DNA from: an uncultured Acidobacteriota bacterium
GTDB taxonomy: Bacteria; Acidobacteriota; Thermoanaerobaculia; UBA5066; Gp7-AA6
Assembly: GCA_963710945.1 (NCBI GenBank)
Contig: CAVQCH010000004.1
Span: 11,774-75,773, forward strand
DNA: 64,000 bases
Reading direction: 5' to 3'
Made by a program: the position numbers and the translations under genes. This document shows, in pieces, positions 56,464-64,000 of this stretch. Below the pieces are notes generated by a model that was not told where the DNA came from, did not search any database, and worked only from the letters and a program-made list of their open reading frames with translations. Within the stretch, counting starts at the first letter, position 1. Each line of letters begins with the position of its first letter.

Positions 56464-58302
56464 ATGGCAGTCAAACTGGGGGACCTCCTCCTCAAGCAGA
56501 AGCTGATCACGCAGGACCAGCTGGAAACGGCGCTCAAGCTCCAGCGCGAGGAGGGCGGAAAGATCGGCGAGGCGCTCGTGCGCGTGGGCGCGGTGTCGGA
56601 GAGCGACATCACCGAGACGCTCTCCCAGCAGTTCGGCGTTCCCTCCATCGACCTCGCGCACTTCGAGATCGACCCGGCCATCATCAAGGTCGTCCCCGGC
56701 GAGGTGGCCCGCAAGTACGGTGTGCTCCCGGTGAACAAAACCGGCGCGACCCTCACGATCGCGATGGGCGACCCGACCAACGTGTTCGCCATGGACGACA
56801 TCAAGTTCATGACCGGGTACAACGTCGAGCCGGTCGTGGCCTCCGAGATCGCGCTGCGCAAGGCGATCGACAAGCACTACGGGACGCCGCGGTCGGTGGT
56901 CCTGAAGGAGCGCGCCAAGGGCGGCGGCGGCCCGACGCTCGGCTCCGACTCGAGCCTCGACGACGTGATGGCCTCTTCGGCGCTGACCATGGACGACATG
57001 GCGAGCGTCGGCCTCGGCGAGCTCAACATGGACGAGATCACCGGCATCGACACCGGCGCCGACGTGGACGTCGTGCGCGGCGAAGAGGGCCAGGAGATCG
57101 ACCTCACGGACCTGACGAAGTCGAGCGAGTCCGCGCCGATCATCAAGGTCTCCAACCTGATCCTCATCGAGGCGCTCAAGGCCGGCGCCTCGGACATCCA
57201 CGTCGAGCCCTACGAGAAGGAATTCCGGGTCCGTTTCCGCGTGGACGGCATCCTCCACAACATCATGGCCCTGCCGATGCGGACCCGCGATCCCCTCATC
57301 TCGCGCCTGAAGATCATGGCCAAGCTCGACATCTCGGAAAAACGCCTGCCGCAGGACGGCCGGATCAAGATCCGCCTGCGCGTCGAGGAGCGCTCGCGCG
57401 ACCTCGACCTGCGCGTCTCGAGCGTCCCGACGCACTTCGGCGAGAAGGTCGTCATGCGGCTTCTCGACAAGTCGAAGCTGCAGCTCGACATGACGCAGCT
57501 CGGCTTCGACCAGGAGCCGCTGCGCCGCTTCAAGGACGCCATCGACCGGCCGTACGGCATCGTCCTCGTGACGGGCCCGACGGGCTCGGGCAAGACGAAC
57601 ACGCTCTACTCGGCGATCGCGGCGCTGAACGACCCGACCGTCAACATCATGACGGCCGAGGACCCGATCGAGTTCAACCTCGCCGGCATCAACCAGGTGC
57701 AGATGAAGGAGCAGATCGGCCTGACCTTCGCCTCGGCGCTGCGCTCCTTCCTGCGGCAGGACCCCGACATCATCCTCGTCGGCGAGATCCGCGACTTCGA
57801 GACGGCCGAGATCGCGGTCAAGGCCGCGCTGACGGGCCACCTCGTGCTCTCGACCCTCCACACCAACGACGCGCCGTCCACGATCAACCGGCTCATGAAC
57901 ATGGGCATCGAGCCCTTCCTCGTCGCGACGTCGGTCAACTGCATCTGCGCGCAGCGCCTCGTGCGCCGCATCTGCACCCACTGCACCGAGGAGGTCGAGA
58001 CGCCCGCGCCGATGCTCATGCAGGTCGGCTTCGCGCCGGACGAGGTCAAGTCGCTGCGCCTGAAGCGCGGCCGCGGCTGCGAGCGGTGCAACAACACGGG
58101 CTACAAGGGCCGCGTGGGCCTCTTCGAGGTCCTGGCCTTCACCGACGAGATCCGCGACATGATCCTCTCGGGCGCCTCCTCGATCGAGTTGAAGCGCAAG
58201 GCCATCGAAGAGGGCATGGTCAGCCTCCGGATGTCGGGGCTGCAGAAGATCAAGGAAGGCGCCACCACACTCGAAGAAGTGCTCCGGGAAACTGTCCTTT
58301 AG
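56464..58302 (+). CDS. pilB: Type IV-A pilus assembly ATPase
   Basis: MshEN-like N-terminus KLGDLL...; GASDIHVEP, GPTGSGKTNT, LRQDPDIILVGEIRD, CxxC...CxxC. Confidence 0.96.
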   Translation: MAVKLGDLLLKQKLITQDQLETALKLQREEGGKIGEALVRVGAVSESDITETLSQQFGVPSIDLAHFEIDPAIIKVVPGEVARKYGVLPVNKTGATLTIAMGDPTNVFAMDDIKFMTGYNVEPVVASEIALRKAIDKHYGTPRSVVLKERAKGGGGPTLGSDSSLDDVMASSALTMDDMASVGLGELNMDEITGIDTGADVDVVRGEEGQEIDLTDLTKSSESAPIIKVSNLILIEALKAGASDIHVEPYEKEFRVRFRVDGILHNIMALPMRTRDPLISRLKIMAKLDISEKRLPQDGRIKIRLRVEERSRDLDLRVSSVPTHFGEKVVMRLLDKSKLQLDMTQLGFDQEPLRRFKDAIDRPYGIVLVTGPTGSGKTNTLYSAIAALNDPTVNIMTAEDPIEFNLAGINQVQMKEQIGLTFASALRSFLRQDPDIILVGEIRDFETAEIAVKAALTGHLVLSTLHTNDAPSTINRLMNMGIEPFLVATSVNCICAQRLVRRICTHCTEEVETPAPMLMQVGFAPDEVKSLRLKRGRGCERCNNTGYKGRVGLFEVLAFTDEIRDMILSGASSIELKRKAIEEGMVSLRMSGLQKIKEGATTLEEVLRETVL

Positions 58303-58314
58303 GCCAGCGGGGGA

Positions 58315-58400
58315 CGAGTTCCAGGTTCCACGCTCCAGATTCCAGGGAGCTTCCCAAGCCGTTCTTTTCTTGGAACTTGGAACCTGGAACGTGGAACTCG
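58315..58400. repeat. Inverted heptamer array B (pilB-pilT gap)
   Basis: GTTCCAG-GTTCCAC-GCTCCAG-ATTCCAG, 24-nt spacer, TTGGAAC-TTGGAAC-CTGGAAC-GTGGAAC. Confidence 0.85.
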
Positions 58401-58492
58401 GGACAGGAACTCGCCTCTAACCCCTGTCCTGCCTTTATTTCCGTCAAGGATGGGCGTAAACTCTTTCGACACAACAATCGGGGGACCACTGT

Positions 58493-59611
58493 ATGGCGAG
58501 TGAGACCACGCTCCACGGCCTGCTGAAGCAAATGGTCGAGATGGGGGGCTCGGACCTCCATCTGACGACCCAGTCTCCGCCGATGGTGCGTCTGGACGGC
58601 AAGCTCATTCCCCTTCCCTATCCGCCCCTGACGGTTCCCGAGACCAAGCAGCTCGCCTACTCGGTCCTGACCGACGCCCAGAAGCACCGCTTCGAGGAGA
58701 GCCTCGAGCTCGACCTCTCCTTCGGCGTCAAGGGCATGGCCCGCTTCCGCGCCAACAACTTCATGCAGCGCGGCGCCGTCGCCGGCGTCTACCGGCAGAT
58801 CCCGTACGAGATCCTGGGCTTCAAGGAGCTCGGGCTGCCGCCCGTCGTCGAGCTTCTCTGCGACAAGCCGCGCGGGCTGATCCTCGTGTGCGGCCCGACC
58901 GGCTCGGGCAAGACGACGACCCAGGCCGCGATGATCGACAAGATCAACCGCGAGAAGCAGCTCCACATCGTGACGATCGAGGACCCGATCGAGTTCCTGC
59001 ACCAGCACAAGAAGTGCCTCGTCAACCAGCGCGAGCTGCACGCCGACACGCACTCCTTCTCGAACGCCCTGCGCGCGGTCCTGCGCGAAGACCCCGACGT
59101 CGTCCTCGTCGGCGAGATGCGCGACCTCGAGACGATCGAGGCCGCGCTGCGCATCGCCGAGACGGGCCACCTGACGATGGCGACCCTGCACACGAACTCC
59201 GCGACGACGTCGATCAACCGCATCATCGACGTGTTCCCGGCGCACCAGCAGAGCCAGATCCGCACCCAGCTCTCGTTCGTGCTCGAAGGCATCATGTGTC
59301 AGACGCTGATCGAGCGGTCGAGCGGGAAGGGGCGCGTCATGGCCCTCGAGGTCCTCATCCCGAACGCCGCCGTCCGCAACCTCATCCGCGAGGACAAGAT
59401 CCACCAGATCTACTCGACGATGCAGTCGGGCCAGTCCAAGTTCGGGATGCAGACCTTCAACCAGTCGCTCGCCACGCTGTACCTGAAGAAACAGATCACG
59501 CTCGAGGCGGCGCTCTCGCGCTCGTCGATGCCCGACGAGCTGCAGGAGCTCATCAACCGGGGCGTCGGCGTCAACGTGCCGACCACCGCCGCCACGGCCG
59601 GCAAGAGGTAG
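58493..59611 (+). CDS. pilT: Type IV pilus retraction ATPase
   Basis: GSDLHL, GPTGSGKTTT, LREDPDVVLVGEMRD, TLHTNS, AVRNLIRE, GMQTFNQSL. Confidence 0.97.
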   Translation: MASETTLHGLLKQMVEMGGSDLHLTTQSPPMVRLDGKLIPLPYPPLTVPETKQLAYSVLTDAQKHRFEESLELDLSFGVKGMARFRANNFMQRGAVAGVYRQIPYEILGFKELGLPPVVELLCDKPRGLILVCGPTGSGKTTTQAAMIDKINREKQLHIVTIEDPIEFLHQHKKCLVNQRELHADTHSFSNALRAVLREDPDVVLVGEMRDLETIEAALRIAETGHLTMATLHTNSATTSINRIIDVFPAHQQSQIRTQLSFVLEGIMCQTLIERSSGKGRVMALEVLIPNAAVRNLIREDKIHQIYSTMQSGQSKFGMQTFNQSLATLYLKKQITLEAALSRSSMPDELQELINRGVGVNVPTTAATAGKR

Positions 59612-59617
59612 AACGTC

Positions 59618-60820
59618 ATGCCGAACTACGTCTGGAAGGGAAGAAACCGCACGGGCCTCGTCCAGGAGGGCGTGCTCGCCGCCGACACCAAGGAAGTCGC
59701 GCTGGCGACCCTGCGGCGCCAGAACATCGTCGTCACCGGCATCCGGGAGCGGGGCAAGGAAGTCTCGCTCACCAAGATGGGATTCCGGGTCCCGCCCAAG
59801 ATCCTCGCCGTCTTCACGCGCCAGTTCTCCGTCATGATCGACGCCGGCCTGCCGCTGGTCCAGTGCCTCGAGATCCTCGCCAACCAGCAGGAGCACAAGA
59901 ACTTCGCGAAGATCCTCCTGCAGGTGCGCCAGGACGTCGAGGCGGGATCGACGCTGGCCGACGCGATGCGGCGCCACCCCAAGGCGTTCGACGACCTCTA
60001 CGTCAACATGGTGGCCGCCGGCGAGGCGGGCGGTATTCTCGACACGATCCTCCAGCGCCTCTCGACCTACATCGAGAAGGCGGTCAAGCTGCGGTCGCAG
60101 GTCCGCGCCGCGCTGATCTACCCGATCGCGGTCATCACGATCGCCGCCATCGTCGTGGCGGTCATCCTGCTGAAGGTCATCCCGACCTTCGCGGCCCTGT
60201 TCACGAGCCTCGGGGCCGAGCTGCCCTTCCCGACCCGCGTGGTCATCGCGGCGTCGAACTTCCTGGCGCGCTACTTCATCTTCTTCGTCATCGGGATCGG
60301 CGTCTTCATCTTCTTCTTCCGGCGCTACTACAGGACCTACCGCGGCCGCCGCGTCGTCGACGGCGCGATGCTCAAGGCGCCGATCATCGGCCTCATTCTG
60401 CGCAAGATCGCGGTGGCCCGCTTCTGCCGCACGCTCGCGACGCTGACGTCCTCGGGCGTGCCGATCCTCGAGAGCCTCGACATCACGGCCCGCACCGCCG
60501 GCAACGCGATCGTCGAGGACGCGATCACCGAGACGCGCAAGAGCGTCGAGAACGGCAAGACCCTCGTCGAGCCCCTGCGGGACTCGGAGGTCTTTCCGAA
60601 CATGGTCGTGCAGATGATCGGCGTCGGCGAGCAGACCGGTGCCCTCGACTCGATGCTCAACAAGATCGCCGAGTTCTACGAGGACGAGGTGGACATCGCC
60701 GTGGCCGGTCTCGTCAAGCTGCTCGAGCCGGTCATGATCTTCATCCTCGGCGTCATCATCGGCGGCATCGTCATCGCCATGTACCTGCCGATGTTCACGC
60801 TGATCAACAAGATCGGATAA
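59618..60820 (+). CDS. pilC: Type IV pilus platform protein
   Basis: FTRQFSVMIDAGLPL, AGEAGGILD, VGEQTGALD, MYLPMF. Confidence 0.96.
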   Translation: MPNYVWKGRNRTGLVQEGVLAADTKEVALATLRRQNIVVTGIRERGKEVSLTKMGFRVPPKILAVFTRQFSVMIDAGLPLVQCLEILANQQEHKNFAKILLQVRQDVEAGSTLADAMRRHPKAFDDLYVNMVAAGEAGGILDTILQRLSTYIEKAVKLRSQVRAALIYPIAVITIAAIVVAVILLKVIPTFAALFTSLGAELPFPTRVVIAASNFLARYFIFFVIGIGVFIFFFRRYYRTYRGRRVVDGAMLKAPIIGLILRKIAVARFCRTLATLTSSGVPILESLDITARTAGNAIVEDAITETRKSVENGKTLVEPLRDSEVFPNMVVQMIGVGEQTGALDSMLNKIAEFYEDEVDIAVAGLVKLLEPVMIFILGVIIGGIVIAMYLPMFTLINKIG

Positions 60821-60836
60821 GCGCGGCTGGCGCCGC

Positions 60837-60916
60837 GCCGTAAACCGTGAGCCGTGAGCCGGTAGCCGGAGGGAAGACTTCTCCCGGCTTACGGTTTACG
60901 GCTTACGGCTTACGGC
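60837..60916. repeat. Inverted heptamer array C (pilC-pilS gap)
   Basis: GCCGTAA-ACCGTGA-GCCGTGA-GCCGGTA, spacer, TTACGGT-(TTACGGC)3. Confidence 0.85.
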
Positions 60917-60923
60917 CCTGAAT

Positions 60924-62594
60924 ATGGACGACTCCCCCCTCCGGCGCTCGCTCTTCTGGCTGACGGCGGCCCGGCTCGCCGTCCTCTTCCTGATCCTGCT
61001 CTCGACCATCCTGGTGCAGGCCGGGTCGGGGGCGGAGCTCGAGATCTCGTATCTCTACGGCCTGTGCGCCGCGGCCGTCGTCCTCTCGGGGTTCCACTGG
61101 ACCGCGGGCCGGCTGCTGCCGCCGCGCGCCGAGGCGTACATCCAGATGCTCGGCGACCTCGGCCTCGTCTGCGTGCTGGTCTACTCCTCGGGGGGCCCGA
61201 GCTCGGTCTTCACGTTCCTCTACCTCGTCGTCATCGGCGCCGCGGCGTTCCTGCTGTTCCGCACCGGCGCCCTGGTCATCGCCTCGGTCGCCGCCCTGCT
61301 GCACGGCCTCATGGTCGAGCTGACGGCTTACGAGGTGCTGCCCCGGCCGGGCCTGGCCGCGGCCCCGCGCTGGGGGGTCGAGCGGATCGGGTACAACCTG
61401 GCGATCACGGTCGTCGGCTTCTACGGCGTCGCCTTCATGGTGTCCTACCTCTCCGAGAAGCTGCGCGGCGCCCGCGAAGAGCTCGAGCGCCGCCAGAAGG
61501 CCCTCTCCCGCATCCAGTCGCTGTACGCCAACGTCATCGCGTCCATGTCCTCGGGCCTCGTCACGGCCGACTCGAACGAACGGGTGACGTTCCTGAACCA
61601 GGCCGGCGGCGACATCCTCGGCATCGCGCCAGCCAAGGCCACCGGAAAGCTCCTTGCCGAGATCGGGCTCATCCTGCCGAGCGACTGGAGCACCATCCGC
61701 CAGCGCACGCGCGGGCGCGAAGCGTTCCGGGCGGAGATCGACATCGAGCGCGGGGCCTCGCGCCGGGTGCTCGGCTATTCGGTCCGTTCCCTCAAGGACC
61801 CGGACGGCGAAGAAGGCTCGCTCATCGTGTTCCAGGACCTGACCGAGGTGAAGAAGCTCGAGCGCCAGGCCCGATTCAACGAGCAGCTCGCGGCCGTCGG
61901 CGAGCTCGCCGCCGGCATCGCCCACGAGATCCGCAACCCCCTCGCCTCGATCTCGGGCTCGGTCCAGGTGCTCTCGCACGAGCTGTCCGTCGGCTCGGCC
62001 GAGCGCCGGCTGATGGAGATCATCGTCTCCGAGTCCAACCGGCTCTCCAAGATCCTCGAGGAGTTCCTGCGGTTCGTGCGGCCGCAGGAGCGGCGGGTCG
62101 CGGTCTTCGACGTCGCGGGCAACATCCAGGAGGTCCTCGATCTCTTCCGGCTGTCCGACGAAGTCTCCGACGTCCACCGGATCGTGGCCGACGTCGCGCC
62201 GGCCGCCTCGCTCCTGTCGGGCGACCGCGACCAGATCCGGCAGATCATCTACAACGTCGCCAAGAACGCGGTGCGCGCGATGCCGGAGGGGGGCACGCTC
62301 ACCGTGCAGGGCCGCGAGGACGCGGCCTGGTATAGCATCAAATTCCGCGACACCGGCCGCGGGATGAGCGTGGAAGAGCTGGCCCGCGTCTTCACGCCCT
62401 TCTCCACGGCCTTCGACGGCGGCACCGGCCTCGGAATGGCCATCGTCCGGCGCATCGTCGAAGACCACGGGGGCGCGATCGACGTGGAATCGAGACCGGG
62501 CGAGGGAACGACCGTGACCATACTTCTGCCGCGCGAATCGACGGGTCGGCCATCGCAGGAGCGCATCGCCGCGAGCCCGGAGGCCGTCCAGTGA
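60924..62594 (+). CDS. pilS: PilS-like sensor histidine kinase
   Basis: About 6 TMs, PAS domain, AHEIRNPL H-box, KNAVRA, DTGRG, GTGLG. Confidence 0.9.
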   Translation: MDDSPLRRSLFWLTAARLAVLFLILLSTILVQAGSGAELEISYLYGLCAAAVVLSGFHWTAGRLLPPRAEAYIQMLGDLGLVCVLVYSSGGPSSVFTFLYLVVIGAAAFLLFRTGALVIASVAALLHGLMVELTAYEVLPRPGLAAAPRWGVERIGYNLAITVVGFYGVAFMVSYLSEKLRGAREELERRQKALSRIQSLYANVIASMSSGLVTADSNERVTFLNQAGGDILGIAPAKATGKLLAEIGLILPSDWSTIRQRTRGREAFRAEIDIERGASRRVLGYSVRSLKDPDGEEGSLIVFQDLTEVKKLERQARFNEQLAAVGELAAGIAHEIRNPLASISGSVQVLSHELSVGSAERRLMEIIVSESNRLSKILEEFLRFVRPQERRVAVFDVAGNIQEVLDLFRLSDEVSDVHRIVADVAPAASLLSGDRDQIRQIIYNVAKNAVRAMPEGGTLTVQGREDAAWYSIKFRDTGRGMSVEELARVFTPFSTAFDGGTGLGMAIVRRIVEDHGGAIDVESRPGEGTTVTILLPRESTGRPSQERIAASPEAVQ

Positions 62595-64000
62595 GCGGGC
62601 CGCGCCTCCTGATCGTGGACGACGAAAAGTCCCTGCGGGACATGCTCGGGCTGCTGTTCCACAAGCAGGGCTTCGAGGTGATGACGGCGGCGAACTATAC
62701 CGAGGGCGTCGCCGCCGCGGTCCGCTCGAGCCCGGACGTCATCCTCTGCGACATCAAGATGCCCGACGGCAACGGGCTCGACCTGCTGCAGCGGGTCCGC
62801 GACGAGAACCTCCCCACGCCCGTCATCATGATCACGGCGCACACCTCGACCGAGGACGCCGTCGAGGCCATGAAGCGCGGCGCGGTCGACTACATCTCGA
62901 AACCCTTCAACAACGACGAGCTCGTCCTCGTCGTCCGGCGCGCCCTCGGCGAGAAGCTCCTCCAGGACGAGAACCTCTACCTGCGCCAGGAGCTCGCGGC
63001 CAAGTACACCTTCGCCAACATCATCGGCAAGGGCAGCCGCATGCAGGAGATCTTCCGCACGATCGAGCGCATCGGCAAGGTCTCCTCGACGGTCCTCCTC
63101 ACCGGCGAGAGCGGCACGGGCAAGGAGGTCATGGCCCGCGCCATCCACTTCTCCTCGATCCGCAAGGACCGCAAGTTCGTGTCCGTCAACTGCGGGGCGC
63201 TGCCGGAAACCCTGCTCGAGTCCGAGCTCTTCGGCCACGAGCGGGGCGCCTTCACCGGCGCGGTCCGCGAGAAGCGCGGCCTCTTCCAGGAAGCCGACAA
63301 CGGCACGCTCTTCCTCGACGAGATCTCCGAGACGTCCCTCACGATGCAGGTCAAGCTGCTGCGGGCGATCCAGGAGAAGGTCATCCGGCGCGTGGGCGGC
63401 AACGACGAGATCTCCGTGGACACCCGCATCGTGGCCGCGACCAACAAGGACCTGACGGACCTCGTCGCGGAGGGCAAGTTCCGGGAGGACCTCTTCTACC
63501 GGATCAACGTCATCCCCATCGCGCTGCCGCCGCTGCGGTCCCGCACGGAAGACATCGCGCCGCTGACGACGCACTTCATCACCGCCATCTGCAAGGAGCA
63601 GAAGATCCCGGAGAAGAAGATCTCGATAGAGGCCATGCGCCTGCTCGAGGCCTACCCCTGGCCGGGCAACGTGCGGGAGCTCGAGAACACGCTCGAGCGC
63701 ACCGTGGCCCTGGAGCCCGGGCCCGTCATCAACGCGTCGAGCCTGCCCGAGGCGATCGTCCTCGGTGTGCGGACGCGCGTTCCCGATTTCGAGAGCCTTC
63801 CCGAGGAGGGCATCAACCTCGAGGCGTACCTCGAGACGGTCGGCAAGCGCCTCATGCGCGAGGCCCTCGACCGCTGCGGCGGCGTGCAGACGAAGGCCGC
63901 GGAGCTGCTCCACATGTCCTTCCGCTCGTTCCGGTACTACGCCAAGAAGTACAGCCTCGTGCACCGCGACGAGATGTACGAGGGCGAGGAGGACGGCCCG
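62591..64000 (+). CDS. pilR: PilR-like sigma54-dependent response regulator (runs off right edge)
   Basis: Manual translation: LLIVDDE, DIKMPD, GESGTGKE, ESELFGHERGAFTGA, FLDEISE, WPGNVRELEN, HTH; no stop before 64000. Confidence 0.92.
   Translation, partial: MSGPRLLIVDDEKSLRDMLGLLFHKQGFEVMTAANYTEGVAAAVRSSPDVILCDIKMPDGNGLDLLQRVRDENLPTPVIMITAHTSTEDAVEAMKRGAVDYISKPFNNDELVLVVRRALGEKLLQDENLYLRQELAAKYTFANIIGKGSRMQEIFRTIERIGKVSSTVLLTGESGTGKEVMARAIHFSSIRKDRKFVSVNCGALPETLLESELFGHERGAFTGAVREKRGLFQEADNGTLFLDEISETSLTMQVKLLRAIQEKVIRRVGGNDEISVDTRIVAATNKDLTDLVAEGKFREDLFYRINVIPIALPPLRSRTEDIAPLTTHFITAICKEQKIPEKKISIEAMRLLEAYPWPGNVRELENTLERTVALEPGPVINASSLPEAIVLGVRTRVPDFESLPEEGINLEAYLETVGKRLMREALDRCGGVQTKAAELLHMSFRSFRYYAKKYSLVHRDEMYEGEEDGP

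Overview
This is a very GC-rich bacterial chromosomal segment. It is most likely Acidobacteriota, probably Thermoanaerobaculia-like (inferred from gene content: GWxTD protein, Ser/Thr kinases with TolB-like propellers, SLH repeats, and a recurrent 'GYFWFF...NVEVVVK' domain). Many single-base frameshifts occur, even in purF/purL/purQ, and look like long-read indel errors. The left half (1-33 kb) holds nucleotide-sugar genes, an amidohydrolase, purF, a DUF1800/DUF1501 pair, truA, a GWxTD protein, tam and purL/purQ/purS. These are interleaved with three related cassettes, each with a winged-helix+FHA regulator facing away from a secreted-protein gene; two cassettes also carry membrane Ser/Thr kinase(s). 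The right half (33-64 kb) holds an MBL hydrolase, dut, a methyltransferase, an M16 peptidase, an ECF-sigma-led T2SS/T4P-like operon, lipid A/Kdo/heptose LPS genes with an opposing HNH gene, and pilB-pilT-pilC-pilS-pilR. The most notable signals are: (1) the repeated kinase/wHTH-FHA/secreted-protein signalling cassette with candidate 11-bp-period operators; (2) about 80-bp inverted arrays of 7-mers that share architecture but not sequence, all in pilus/secretion loci, one inside a prepilin leader; (3) an uncharacterised ~110-aa domain present six times plus a remnant; (4) many apparently leaderless genes. No rRNA, tRNA, CRISPR array, transposase or integrase was recognised.
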